NCBI GenBank assembly: GCA_023231475.1
Contig: JALJEE010000499.1
Location: 1-53,388, forward strand
Direction: 5' to 3'
DNA from: Seison nebaliae
Taxonomy: Eukaryota
DNA length: 53,388 nt
Within the stretch, counting starts at the first letter, position 1. Each line of letters begins with the position of its first letter. The notes beneath the pieces are model-generated. The model worked only from the letters and a program-made list of their open reading frames with translations, searched no databases and was not told the origin of the DNA. This document shows positions 1 through 12,801 of this stretch, in pieces. The position numbers were made by a program, and so were the translations under genes.

Positions 1-10
1 CTTTTTTTAG

Positions 11-129
11 AAACGACAACAATCGAACCGATTCAATGGCCTGAATCACCAAATTTGAACAAGAAACAAACTAGCAGGACGACAGGTAGTCTACGACGAG
101 GTCTTCCAAGAACTCGTCCAAATTATTAA
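11..129 (+). CDS. Probable last exon of an upstream gene of unknown identity
   Basis: TTTTTAG acceptor at 4-10, then an open frame (TTIEPIQWPESPNL...RTRPNY) to TAA at 127-129. No homology recognised. Confidence 0.4.
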
Positions 130-440
130 TAATTTTCCATCATCCTCTATCATCAATTCTCATTTTCATCACCGTTCTTCTTTTTTTAATCTTTTCCTAA
201 TATTCTTTATTTGATTATAATAAAGATTATGATATAATTTGAATAAAATGAATTAAATTTCTTACCGTCGACGTTGTTGTCTGTTGGTTGAATTGAAATG
301 AATTGAAAAGATTTGCTAATCTAATTACTTTTAAAAACAACTCTATTAAATGAGATTGGAGAAATGAATGTAGTGGAATTTTGAAAAATTTCATTTCCAT
401 TTCTAATTTTCATAATAGGAAAAATATAATTTTTATAATA

Positions 441-1173
441 ATGTCACGATTAAACAATGACGAGAGATGGAAGTCATTCATACAATATAATTTGAATGAT
501 ACGAATGACACTGATTGTTTATCAAAATCTTTCTCATATCTTCGATTTATGAATACGAATGATCGAATCGAACCTGAATCGACACCATTAATAAAAGATG
601 GCAATTGTAATAATAATAATAATAATGATAACGATAATAGTACTGATGAGAATAGTGAGAGGGAGCCAGCATTAAACGGAACACTTAATACGAAAGATCA
701 AGTTAAACCGAAAATTGACATTTGCACATTCCAAATAGTTCGAATTAGGCGATTTCTTTCCTAAATATTCACCATTTCTTTCATTCTTATCTCTCTCATA
801 GTTGAATGTAGCAGAAGTTAATTATTTGTGGACGGTCAATTGCTTCTCGTTCAGTCGTGAAGAGTTGCCACAACAATATTGCAGTTCTGCATTCCATCAA
901 ATCGATATGAAACAAAGAATAAAAAATATTTGGTTTAAAAAAGAATGAAATTTTTTCTAATTGTTTAATATTTTTTTCATCTTCTCGAAGGTATATACGT
1001 TTATATTCACGAGGTGTCATTCACGATACGAAAGAATATATTGGAATCTATTTATACTTAAAGAAGAGTACTCATCAATATGTAAATGCGAAATTCTCAT
1101 TTTCGATTATCGATGCTCTGGGAGAAGAGATTGGGAAGACTTGTTAAACATTTCTCTTAGACTTGTCTCAGAG

Positions 1174-1208
<35 letters not shown>

Positions 1209-2371
1209 ATTAGGTACTCAACGTGCTTATCGATTTGTAGCTGGGAAAGATTGGGGATTTAAACAATTTATGAAAAGGAGTTTTCTGGTAGACGAAAGAA
1301 ATCGATTGTTACCCAACGACAGTTTAACGATTCGATGTAACGTTATTTTCCAATCGTTTCATTAAACGTTCCTTCACATTTTCTTTTTCTTTTATTTCTT
1401 CTCCTTTCCAAATAGATTCGTACGACATGTGGCTGTTTGAATTTCACAAGAAATGTTGACGATCAACAAGAATTTCGAGATTATCGATATCGTCATATCT
1501 CACTTCAAATGGACACTTGTTATCTCTTGAATACGGCGAGTATGAGCGATGTCATAATTCGATGTCCCATCGATTCAGCCGTCAGTTGTGGAAGAAGTTA
1601 CAAAACTATGGAAAATCTCGATATTGTGAAACCACATAATGATGGATGGAAAGAACAACGATCGAATTGTTTCATTCAATTTTATGCACATACTTCCATC
1701 TTATCTTATCGATGTGATGTATTCAAAGAAATACTCTCAAATATAAAAGAGAATGTACAAATTAAACGAATTACATTTTTCGATATCGATTCAGCGATTA
1801 TGCATGAAATTTTACGATTCATTTATACGGGACATGTAAAATTACATGCGGCTGATTTCGCACCACTCGATCTTTTAAGTGCTGCACATAAAGTTAACGA
1901 TTCACTGTTGGAAAGAGTAAATTGTTCTAAAGTTCTCAATTAACTAGTTCAAATTGAAAGGAATGAAGAAGTTCTCGGAGGAATCGCTCGATAGTCAAAT
2001 GAACGAAGAGAATGTCGTCGGAATGTTATTCGTTTCTCATGTTTATGATTTGCCCCAACTATTCGACTCAGCATTAACTTTTATTAATTTGTTTCGAATT
2101 TATCTCCAGTCACACTTCTCTTCATTCTACTGTTTTCAGTGTCAGTAACGACAACAAAACTACCTTAACTGGATCAAGTTGGAATTCAGTTTTCGGTCTT
2201 GTAAAAAATATTAGACGTATCGCCACACAAAACGAATATCAAAAGGAACAAAAGATTTTGATCGTCGGATTCGCTGAAAGAATCTTACGCTCACTAGTAT
2301 CATACATCGAAGAAGAAACTGGACCCACGTTCTCTAAGACCAGACGACTCATGAGTGATATCTCCTCATGA
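441..2371 (+). CDS. SPOP: Speckle-type POZ protein-like (MATH + BTB Cullin-3 adaptor), 7 exons
   Basis: MATH motifs [10 protein letters not shown] and [18 protein letters not shown]...[14 protein letters not shown] motifs [30 protein letters not shown]. Six GTT...AG introns (first 738-801) join the fragments in frame. Confidence 0.85.
1178..1205. repeat. (TC)14 microsatellite in SPOP-like intron 3
   Basis: Perfect dinucleotide run read directly. Confidence 0.95.
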
Positions 2372-2642
2372 ACACTTGAACTGTAGACTACTCTACCATC
2401 TCTATATCTCTCTCTCATACTGATTTGACAAGGGGCCAAATTTAATTTATGTTTTTCAATCAACCGTTTCAATAATTTCAGTATATTTTACCATGTCACT
2501 TATCTCCCGCCTCCAACCTAATCAGAAAATGGACTTTAGAATGATCTACATCGTCTCTCGAATAAATATCTTCAACATTTTTCTTTTCCATTATCATTTC
2601 TCTCATTCGAAATTTTCCTTTATCTTTTCAGAAACATTAAAT

Positions 2643-3259
2643 ATGTTCTCCATTTCATTCCTGTTCCTCTCTTTCGTCTTATTGAAATCGTCGATGACTG
2701 ATGAAATCGGCAATTTTCAATTCGACTTGGACAACATGGATTTAAAAGTAACCGATTGTCATGGAAGTTTCTCTTACTCTCATTTCAAGAAAAATATTTA
2801 AATAAAATTTTTAGCAAAATTCCCCAAAGTTGATCTGAAAGGTGTCGCCGTTAATGATTGTAAAGCATTCCCTTGTCAATTGAAAGATGAATCATTCTCG
2901 GAAATCCGCATCGTTTACCAAGTCAAAATTAAACCAGGAAGACAAATTCCAGTTGCAAGAAATAAAATTTATGGGAAGATTGCTGGTCAATGGACACAAT
3001 TCGATTTAGCCGAAGAAAGTATCGACGTTTGTAAATTGGGTAATAATTGTCCAATGAAATCGGGTGATGTAGTCGACTTTAAAACTAAAATATTCATCAA
3101 ACCTCGATATAAATTAGCTGTTCGTATAATTTTAATTTCTTTCACAACTTCTTTCACTTAATATAGACTCGTGGAAAACCGGTTGATATCAAATGGAAAA
3201 TTGTGAATCACAAGAAACGTGAATTGGTTTGCTTCAAATTTAGTGCCATTATCGTCTAA
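2643..3259 (+). CDS. NPC2/ML-domain lipid-binding secreted protein, 3 exons
   Basis: Signal peptide MFSISFLFLSFVLL; ML-type Cys pattern (TDC, DCKAFPCQL, VCKLGNNCPMKSG, IKWKIVN...LVCF). Confidence 0.85.
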
Positions 3260-3514
3260 AGAGAAATTGAATCATAACAATTATTCATTATATTTCAAAT
3301 GTTTTTCTTCTAATTTTCAGTATTAACATTTATCTTGAAAATAAATCTGTTCAGTTTCATTCTACTCTCATAAATTAATTTGTTAAAATTTTATTTTCAT
3401 TAAAAAAAATTTGACGATGGAAAAATGGTAAGAAGCAAATTTTGAAATAATATAAGGAATGATCGTATGCGAAAAAATCGAAGATATAACTAAAAATAAT
3501 TAAAAAACTGAAAA

Positions 3515-4771
3515 TTACATCATCGTTGCAAAAACAGGATTATGTCGACAGATTGATGGACCATGTTCTTCATAATCAGCACGTGTTTTACACGCTTGAT
3601 GGAATTCAGGTGTACTCGCCACATAACTCCCTCCAAACCAAACGGCATATCTCTGCATTGGATGTGTAACAACATTTAATTCGATCGGTTGTGGTTTCGT
3701 TCCTGTAATTTTCTCTGTTTCATTTAATCGTTCGTCTACGACTCTCTTCAAATCTTTTTTCAATCTTCTGTCGAAATCTTTGAACATTGTCGATCCTCCT
3801 GATAGAACAATATTTTTGTACAATCCACGACGGACATCGATTGGTGAATTTTGAATAACATCGTCGACCGTTTCCGAAATTGATTTACGAAAATTTGCAT
3901 TAACAAATTCTGGATGGAAAAATATTTCAGGTCCGAGAAATCGTTCGTGACCGATTTCCACATTAAACTTCCGTTTATTAATTGCATGAATTCCAGTGAA
4001 GGTTTTAATGTAACGATTTGAATCGTTTTCATATTTCTCGAATTCACGTGCAATATCTGGACAAACATAACAATATTGTTCTTTGATGGTTTTTGCCGTT
4101 TCTAATGATTGTTCAGGTGGCATTCGATGTGAATCGTCGACAACAAATTGTTCTCGTTCTCGAAGAAGTTGTTGAATGAAATATGTAATATCTCGTCCTG
4201 ATATTGGAATATGTTTGATACAACTACCAATGACATATCCTTCAGCTACTGGAATGACATGAGTGACACCATCACCTGAATCAATAACAACTCCTGTTAA
4301 ACTTTTTCCAACGTTCTGATTCGATGTACTCATTGGAGCAGCTAATGCTAATACTGCTTGAACGGCAATATAAAGTTTAGGCACGTTAAATAACTCGAAG
4401 AAAATTTCTGCTGTTAATTCTCGATTTTCTGGTGTATTCAACGGAGGTTCCGTCAATAAGAATGGATGATCTTCTGGTTCGACTCGTAAATATTTGAAAA
4501 TACTTTGCTCCCACAACTTCTCCATCTGATCCCAATTCTCTACCAGACCATGACGTATGGGCCATTTCTTACTGTAACCGGTGGCGTTCAAAGCTTCGTC
4601 GCCAATAAAAAAATCGAGATCTTCAAAACGACTCGTTATTTTGGATGAAGTAAATTGTTCTCGAATTGCAATCGAACTGGGAATAATGAATTGGGGGTGA
4701 ATATTACCAGCGAATCCCATTTTGGTGTAACCAGTTCCATTATCGATAACACAAGCTGGATAATGATCCAT
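3515..4771 (-). CDS. ACTR3: Actin-related protein 3 (Arp2/3 complex), intronless
   Basis: [48 protein letters not shown]-terminal [15 protein letters not shown]. Confidence 0.98.
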   Translation of the reverse strand: MDHYPACVIDNGTGYTKMGFAGNIHPQFIIPSSIAIREQFTSSKITSRFEDLDFFIGDEALNATGYSKKWPIRHGLVENWDQMEKLWEQSIFKYLRVEPEDHPFLLTEPPLNTPENRELTAEIFFELFNVPKLYIAVQAVLALAAPMSTSNQNVGKSLTGVVIDSGDGVTHVIPVAEGYVIGSCIKHIPISGRDITYFIQQLLREREQFVVDDSHRMPPEQSLETAKTIKEQYCYVCPDIAREFEKYENDSNRYIKTFTGIHAINKRKFNVEIGHERFLGPEIFFHPEFVNANFRKSISETVDDVIQNSPIDVRRGLYKNIVLSGGSTMFKDFDRRLKKDLKRVVDERLNETEKITGTKPQPIELNVVTHPMQRYAVWFGGSYVASTPEFHQACKTRADYEEHGPSICRHNPVFATMM

Positions 4772-5398
4772 GAATTATATTGTGGTAATGATATGAGAGA
4801 AATAATAAATTGCTTTTAAAGAGAAGACCAAAATGATAAATCTCTTCGTTTGGTGTATATTTTTATGTTTATCTTCTTTCCATTCTTTTTTTTATAAATG
4901 ACATTAAATAATTGAAAATTATTCTTAAATTTTCCACAATTCTTATTCGTCTCAATTGTCGAAATGTTTCCAATTTAAGCTTCACACTAAATTTTTAGAA
5001 ATAGTCAAACATTTTATTAAGCCTTGAAAGTATTTGGATAAAAATGAAAAAATGAAAAATTTTATTGGAAAGATGAATAAAAAATTCATCGTCGATGATT
5101 CATTCATTTGAATAACAGAGAAATAATAACAATCGTTTTTTTTGTTTTAACTGAAATTTATGGAATGAGAATTAAATGAAAATTGATCAAAAAGCAAAAG
5201 TTGTTGTTGTTATGATGATTGGAGTGAAAATGTGAGTGAATAATATTTGTGAAATTTTGTGAAACGAATTAAAAGAAGAATGATTATTAGACGATCATCT
5301 ATTCAGTCGATATTCTATTGAAAGATTGAGGAACTAATGAATGAGAAAAAATTGAATGGAAATTGGAATCTATAAAAAATTTTCTCTGATCATCTTTA

Positions 5399-7976
5399 CT
5401 ACATTGACAATGTACTTCGACTGGTAGCTGTTGATCGATTATTTGTTGTTGTTCGATTGTTTACCGTTGGTCGATTAGAATTATTCTCTAATATACTGTT
5501 GTTGTTATTGAGAGTAATGTTTTGAATGGCTTCGCGAATGTCACTTGTACTGGAACTATTATGAATTGGAAGAATGGTTGCCGTCGTTATTTGAGAAGAA
5601 AGTGTGGATGTAGTATTTGTTTGAGCTCGATTAATAGCGACAAGTGATGATCTAAGATTGGAGAAATGTCGATTATTTGTTGATAATGTTGAATTGTTCG
5701 ATTGATTATTTGGTGTAGAATTACCAGCTGTCATTTGATTATTATCTCCGATATGTCCTCGAATTGGAACTGGTTTTTTCACTCTCTCTTGTTCTCGTCC
5801 ATAAATGATGAAATCTCTCACATTCTTCAATCCCGATAGAACACACACCGATAAAGCTGAACGATAAAGATTCATGTTTGATGCATCATACCATTCGCCG
5901 GTGTCATCATCGTAACATTCAACATTATGAATTGTCGTAACTCCATTGAATCCACCGATGGCAAACATCAAATCATCCAACACTTCAACTGCGAAATTTG
6001 ATCGTGGATTATACATCTCATTAATAGGTCTCCAACTATTCGTTTCTGGTGCATATCGTTCTCCCGAATTCATTCTCGTTATTCCATTAAAACCACCAAT
6101 TGCATACAACTTACCACGATAAGCAGTAACACCCACACCAGATCGACGATTTCGCATATGAGAAATTAAAGTCCATTGTTTCGATTTACCATCATAATAT
6201 TCGGCCGAGTCCAAACATTCTTGTCCGTTGAATCCTCCACAAATATAAATACGATCTTTTAATGTGGCTGCAGACGCATCACTTCGTTGTGCATGCATGG
6301 GTGCACCCATTGACCATTGATTGGTGGTGGGTGAATAAATTTCTGTAGAATTTTGACGAACATGTCCATCAAATCCTCCCATTGCAAAAATCTTATCATC
6401 TAATATGGCTATACTGACATAACATCTGGAGAATGATATGAATAATTTGAATAATTTAAAATATTTCAAACCTTCTGAAATTCATAGGTGCAACATCAGA
6501 CCATTCTTTCGTCACCGGATCGAATTTACGACAAGAATTAAAATAATCTACTCCGTCAAATCCACCGATAATGTAAATTTTGTCATTCAATGTTACACTG
6601 CCATGATAAGCACGAGGACTACTATCGCTATGGTTTAATCGAATCCATTTATCCGTTCGAGTGTCATACATTTCAACGACGGATGTTGGACTACCACCAC
6701 TCCATCCTCCTACCACAAAAAGAATTTCATGTGGAATTCTCGGTTTCGTTATCGGATCCATCATATCGATATCCTGAAGAGAATGAATAAAATAAAGAAT
6801 TTGAAAAAGAAATAACCATATTACTGTCGAGATCTAATTCATATAAATATCTCAAAGTTTCAATAATTAATGGTTTGCATTGTTCCTGTTCTTTGATATA
6901 TGGATGTCCTTTCAAATCTTTTATAAAGAATTGTGTTGACAATAATCCTAATCGAACACATTGAATCAATCGAACAATTTCCTGTTCGAAGTTCATGAAA
7001 ATATTCAAAAATTTTATTTTGCTTAGAAGAATTTCTAACAATTTTTCGGGTATCCGGATCCCGATCAATCCAATTCATTACCGAATGATAAACAATTTCT
7101 TCAGTTCTAACATTTAAATCGTCACATGTGATTATTTCACTAAACTCTTCAACATTCAACATGGTCAACTCGTTGCTTTTATCGAAACAGTGTTGATAGT
7201 TCTTCCTGTGAGTTTTGAAGGAATTTTTAACATGATACTTAATTGAAAATGAAACATTAAATAAATATGAGATTCATCATACAGTTCTTGCCAGAAATAA
7301 TCTTTTGCAAATTTTCTTATTCCAATAACATTTTCAGCGGACAAATGTTCTAATAAGAAATCGGTACATTGCTTAATTAATCCGTCGATTTGAAATCGGT
7401 CAATAGCCAACATCAACCGTTCGATGTTATGCGTGTTAATCAATGCCTTTCTTGAGTATGCCCAATCTAGAAATGGATTTTGAAATTTGAGAATATAATA
7501 TATATATTTAATTTATTATTTAACCTAAAATACATGCAAGTGAATCTTCATCTACTTCATCCAATTGAACTATCTGATTTGTAGTTTTGGTTAGACCGTT
7601 GGTGAATAAAGCACGAAAATATGGACTACATGCTACAAAAGATGATTTGGAAAATTAATTTTGATTTTTCTTCAAACAAACGATTACCTGCTAACACAAT
7701 TCGGTGGACTGGGAAATCTTTATTTGAATCTAATTTTAAAGTGCAGTCACAAAGTAAATTCTGTCGTCGAAGATCAACAAGAATGTTATATGTATTAGCG
7801 CTCAATTGACGTTCGACGCGTCGATCATCGTTCTTACCACAACGAGGACAGAATTCTTTTCGAGGATTAGTTATAAACGATGACATACTATTTAGTCTCT
7901 CATTAATCTTTCCATCATTCTCTCCCTCGTCAATGGGCATATCCTTTGAACGTTCCCAATTAGATGTGAGGGACAT
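5399..7976 (-). CDS. KLHL10: Kelch-like protein 10-like (BTB-BACK-Kelch), 7 exons, with an N/S/T-rich C-terminal tail
   Basis: BTB (LCDCTL, FPVHRIVLA-ACSPYFRALF), BACK, PRIPHEILFVVGGWSGGSPT and PRAYHG as in KLHL10, six GG kelch repeats; six introns restore the frame. Confidence 0.85.
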
Positions 7977-8371
7977 GAGGAAGCTAACAGTTTTTGATGA
8001 ATGATAGAATAGACGTTAATAGCCGTCTTCTCCAATTCGACTAATAAAAGAAAATGAAAAAGTGAGAGAAACAAAAATGGTGATCGAAAATAGACAATAA
8101 ATAATTCTAATTGAACAAAATGCTTAATTCGAGCAAAGAAAAATCTAAAATATACTTTAAAAAACTAAAATTCGTGTTTGCTCGTTTTCGTTTTCACCTT
8201 TAGTTCTTATCTCTCCTTTCGACGATCTCATAATTTATTTCAATTCAAACTCTCAATCATCCGCTTAATGGATGGAAAAGAAGTTTCTTTTTCTTGGAAA
8301 TTATTTTCAGTTTTCTCTTTGTTTTCTTTTTCTTACGATTTTTCATTTATCCTTTTTCTCCCAATTGTTTT

Positions 8372-9061
8372 TCAGTGAAAAAATAAGAATATTCCAAATA
8401 AACTGATTAAATACAAAAGAGAATTCTTCTGTTTCATCATCGAATTTCCTAGAGATCGATTCCAATCTCCAGCGAAACACTTTTCTAAATCTTTGTTTCG
8501 AACTGCCGTTTTGATATAATAAAAAATGTCTATTTTAACAACAATGGAATTATGTAAAATAAATTCAAAAATTTAACCATCTTCTGTCATAGTAACGAGA
8601 TCGTCATAAGTCAATCGTTCACATTCCAAATGTTCTCGAAATATCATAATGATTGGTATATTACGAATTAAATGATGATATCCGATGTTACTCTTTGAAA
8701 TATCAACTTGAATAATTTTCACTCCATAATATGCAATGTTTTGTAATCTGGTAGCTGCAGTTAAGGTTTTAAATCTCAGTCGTTCACATTCACTGCAACT
8801 ATTTTCATAAGGTTCCAATTAATTTATAAGACGATTGAAGAAGAAATGACTAAACTCATTCGCTGTATATAAGAATGCTAAGACGACTTTGGATTTTCGC
8901 ACTTCCACATAAAGACTATTTCCAAAAACCGTATTAATATTTCGGAATGAATGAGCTGTGGGAGGTTTTTTTATAGCTGCCTCTGTGCCATTTCCTGCAC
9001 AATTGATCGTATTTATTGCAAAAATGAAGAACAAAAATATATAATAGAAATAATGAATCAT
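8372..9061 (-). CDS. Secreted or anchored thioredoxin-fold protein, paralog 1 (CSEC), 3 exons
   Basis: Signal peptide; VLAFLYTAND-CSEC across an intron; NIPIIMIF cis-Pro strand; EC and CFAGDW motifs; hydrophobic C-terminus. Confidence 0.75.
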
Positions 9062-9267
9062 GATGAATGATCTATAAAAATAAAGAAATTCGAATAAAAT
9101 ATTTTCAAAAAATTTTCGAAGGAATATCAATTCAAATATTTTGAAATGTAATTGATAAATCTAATTCAATGAATTTCATATGATATCAACAAATCTAATA
9201 TTAACGAATAGTCCGTATATAAATCATAATTTCGGAAAAATTATTGAATCAATCGAATTGTGAAAAA

Positions 9268-9951
9268 ATGTTTAGAATTTGCGCTCTATTCCTATTGATT
9301 TTGGTGAATAATGGTTTGATGGCATCCAAAAAGAAATCATATATCTCAACTGAGGTCATGCGAGTTAGCGGTGATCGTCAAATTTATACGACGATAGTTA
9401 AATATCCGAAAGTATTCGCATTCTTCTACACCTCCAAAGAGTTCGAATAAATTTCGTTCAGTTACAATTTTCAAAATTATTTTTATTAGTTGTCCAAAAT
9501 GTGATGCACTTGCACCGAAATTCCAGAGTATTGGTGATCGTTTCATTGAAGAAAAACAAGGTTTCACTCAATCAATCTTCGCTGACATTCTCAATTCGAC
9601 TTATATCGCTCTTGCACATCGAATAAAGAAATTACCAGCACTCATCGTTTTCCGTCATAATTACGAATGTGAACGGCTAACAACGAAGGAGTTCGAACAG
9701 AGAGATGAAGAACGTTAATTACTTCTCTTTCTCTTTCTCTTCAACTTAATTTGTTTTTGATTCTTCTCATTTCATTAGAAATTTATCAATTCTTGATGGA
9801 ATCGAAGAATTCGAAAACTCTTGTCAATTGTTATTATGGGACGTGGAGAAAATTTACTTATAATAGTCAAACTAAATTACATTATCAATCTTATATTCTC
9901 TCTTTAATCATTATTGGTGGTTATTTCTTGAACCGAATCTGTTTCACGTGA
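9268..9951 (+). CDS. Secreted or anchored thioredoxin-fold protein, paralog 2 (CPKC), 3 exons
   Basis: Signal peptide; VFAFFYTSKD-CPKCDALAPKF; KLPALIVF; EC and CYYGTW; hydrophobic tail. Confidence 0.8.
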
Positions 9952-10079
9952 ATATTGAATGTGATTGAAATTCAAATTATATTTATAACATTTCATTTAT
10001 AATCCAAAGAAGAAAGATGAATAAAATTTTTTGATTGAAATAAAAAATCTTTTCAAATACAATTGGAAATAAGAAAACT

Positions 10080-10704
10080 ATGAAATTTATTGTCATTCTT
10101 TCTTTCTTCATCTTCTATTCGACAATCGTTCCCATCGAATCAATGTATCAATTTAAAGGCATTACTTTCTACCCATTTCTAAGGAAACATAATCGAGTCG
10201 TCGCATATTTTTATGATCCCAAGTTTCCTTTTATTTAAAAGTTTAATGAAAGTTATTTTAAAAATAATGAAGAGATAAATTCAGCAATACTTTTCTGCCG
10301 ACGCTTTATTCTCTAACAAAACATTTCTCATCCACACAAACATTCTTCTCCATGATTGATGTATCTACCAGCGATTATGTTCGTGAGTCACATCGACATG
10401 ATGAAATTCCACGATTAACTTTCTTCTACAAACAATGGGAATGTGATACATTTCTATTGAATAATACCGTTCAAGTAGTTGGTTAATAATTCCAATAATT
10501 TAATGCTTAATTAGAAATTATCTTTAAGATTTAAAAAGGAAATTAAAAGTTGCATTAAAAAGGAATGATTTCCATCGTTGTACCATTGGTAGTTGGCAAT
10601 CGAATAAAAATGAAGGACAAAAAAATAATGCAAATCATCTATCAAAAGATTTTATGATTCTTTCATCATTTTGCATTTCAATGATATTTCTCAATAAATT
10701 TTAA
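10080..10704 (+). CDS. Thioredoxin-fold protein, paralog 3 (CXXC lost), 3 exons; missing from the ORF track
   Basis: MKFIVILSFFIFYS signal; VVAYFYDPK-DKFS; EIPRLTFF; WEC and CTIGSW; same two intron positions as the paralogs. Confidence 0.72.
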
Positions 10705-10908
10705 ATTTAAAATTCAATTTTTACAATAATCATTTTGTCTTTCTATTATAATAATTTCTGATTGTTTTATGAACAAACGAAAGTTCAACATAAATTGATT
10801 ATATATATAAAATAAGCGCAAAAACTTAAATTTTCTAATTTCCTAAAATTCACTCGATTGACATTTTTTTTTGTTTAAATCACTTACTCTCGTCGTATTG
10901 ATTGAAGG

Positions 10909-11573
10909 ATGACGAAGACATTGGGAATCTTCTTTTTTCTATTCCTACTGAAGTTCACGTCGATTAGCACTACATTTATTCCAACACATCCACAAGTTGG
11001 ATCATTTTATGGCGATGAAATTTATAAAACAATTAGATGCAAAAAATTTATTATTGTAGAATTTTATTATTCAGAGTTTGTCATCTTTTTTCCAATGAAA
11101 TTGAGATTCATTTTGAATTTGTAGATGTTCTCATTGTCAATTATTCGGACCGAAATTCCATAAAGTAGTTCAGAAGGCAATTGATGATAAATTGAATGTG
11201 TCATTCGCTCGAACTGACATACTTTCCATCCAAACTCACATGTTCTACAATCATCGAGTTCATACCGTTCCAACATTAATTTCCTTTATGGATGGACGTG
11301 AATGTGATGCTGTTGAAATTATGGATGCATGGGATGTTGACAGTTTTTTTTAATTCCTCCAAATTCTCATTCAACACTCAAATTTCAGAGATTTATGGAT
11401 ATGTAAAAAATATGACTAGACGAACACAATCTCATGATTGTCGTTCAGGATTCTGGTTACATTTCGAGAATCCCTACAGTGTCTTTAAACGTAATGGAGC
11501 AAATTATATAAACGGAAATCATTTATTGATGATCGGTTCGATTATTTTCTTATTGAAATATCTAATTCAATGA
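10909..11573 (+). CDS. Secreted or anchored thioredoxin-fold protein, paralog 4 (CSHC), 3 exons
   Basis: Signal peptide; IIVEFYYSE-CSHCQLFGPKF; TVPTLISFMDGREC; CRSGFW; hydrophobic tail. Confidence 0.8.
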
Positions 11574-11726
11574 TATTGTAAATTATTATGTATTGTTTTG
11601 GAGAGGAATGTGGCTTCTAACACGACATACATAATTATAAAATTGAATTCATCTTTTATTCAGTTTTTGAAATTGAAAGCTAAATTATCTCCTAATAAAA
11701 TTTAAATATTTTCTCAACATTACGAG

Positions 11727-12227
11727 ATGGTTGATGCGAACACGAAAAAATTGTTATCGGGAATTCCCGTTTGTCGAACGAATGCTGGACCGCGTGACCC
11801 TAATTGGTCATCTCGTCTTAAAGAAGAATTCACAGCACTCATCGAATATGTGAAAAGGAATAAAGTTGCTGATAATGATTGGTTCAAATTGTCATCGGAT
11901 GAAACCGGATTCCGTTGGAATGGTAAATGTTGGTATGTACATACGGATATGAGGAAATATGAATTTGATGTTGAATTTGAAATTCCTGTGACATTTCCTA
12001 AATGTGCTCCTGAAATCGTCTTACCCGAATTAGATGGGAAAACAATGAAAATGTATCGAGGTGGTCGTATTTGTCTCACTGATCATTTCAAACCGTTATG
12101 GTCGAGAAATGTACCGAAATTTGGTATTGCACATGCCATGGCCTTAGGCTTAGCTCCATGGTTAGCGGTTGAGATTCCTGATCTCATCGAGAAAGGATTG
12201 GTGATTCATAAAGAAGATAAAAAATAA
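11727..12227 (+). CDS. UFC1: Ubiquitin-fold modifier-conjugating enzyme 1, intronless
   Basis: [57 protein letters not shown]. Confidence 0.98.
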   Translation: MVDANTKKLLSGIPVCRTNAGPRDPNWSSRLKEEFTALIEYVKRNKVADNDWFKLSSDETGFRWNGKCWYVHTDMRKYEFDVEFEIPVTFPKCAPEIVLPELDGKTMKMYRGGRICLTDHFKPLWSRNVPKFGIAHAMALGLAPWLAVEIPDLIEKGLVIHKEDKK

Positions 12228-12305
12228 AAATTCTCATTCCAAAAGAAATTCGATAAATTTAATTTAAATTATTATCATTCAAATTATTTATTTATTCTCA
12301 AACAG

Positions 12306-12793
12306 ATGGCATTGCGTCAATTGTCAAATATTCAGAAACATTTGTCGTTAAAAGGTTGTTCATCAATCGTTATCAATTTCGATCCATGGAATCATAATTG
12401 TTATTCTATTCGGTTATTATTATAAATTTTTTTTATTAATAAAAAATAATTTTCAAGAGATTTTATGCAACAAATTATGACGGAGCGAACAAGAAGAACG
12501 AATACGAATTGTAAAGTAAAAGTGAATGTTAAATCGGATGGATTGGATCCATTAATCGATTTGAAATTCAGTTAGCTATTCTTTCGATTGTATTTTAACG
12601 ATAAAGAGAGAATGAGATAAGAAAATGTAGAAGAAAAAATTTAAAATATTTATTTTTGTTCTCATAATTATTTTTGTTTCTTTTGGAAGGCGATGGACAA
12701 AAGGTTCGAATGGAGACAAAACATTTGACGTCGTTAGACATACATCATTTTTTCAACAATTTCCTTCAACAAGCGATTGATAAGACGAAATAA
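12306..12793 (+). CDS. MRPL53: Mitochondrial ribosomal protein mL53, 3 exons; missing from the ORF track
   Basis: Spliced product ...IVINFDPWNHNCYSIRDFM...RRTNTNCKVKVNVKSDGLDPLIDLKFSDGQKVRMETKHLTSLDI fits the mL53 pattern. Confidence 0.8.
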
Positions 12794-12801
12794 AATTCTT
12801 C

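Noticed and set aside
1163..1177. TTGTCTC-A-GAGACAA palindrome in a SPOP intron
   Set aside because: Short, adjacent to a TC microsatellite, and a 1-nt loop is implausible.
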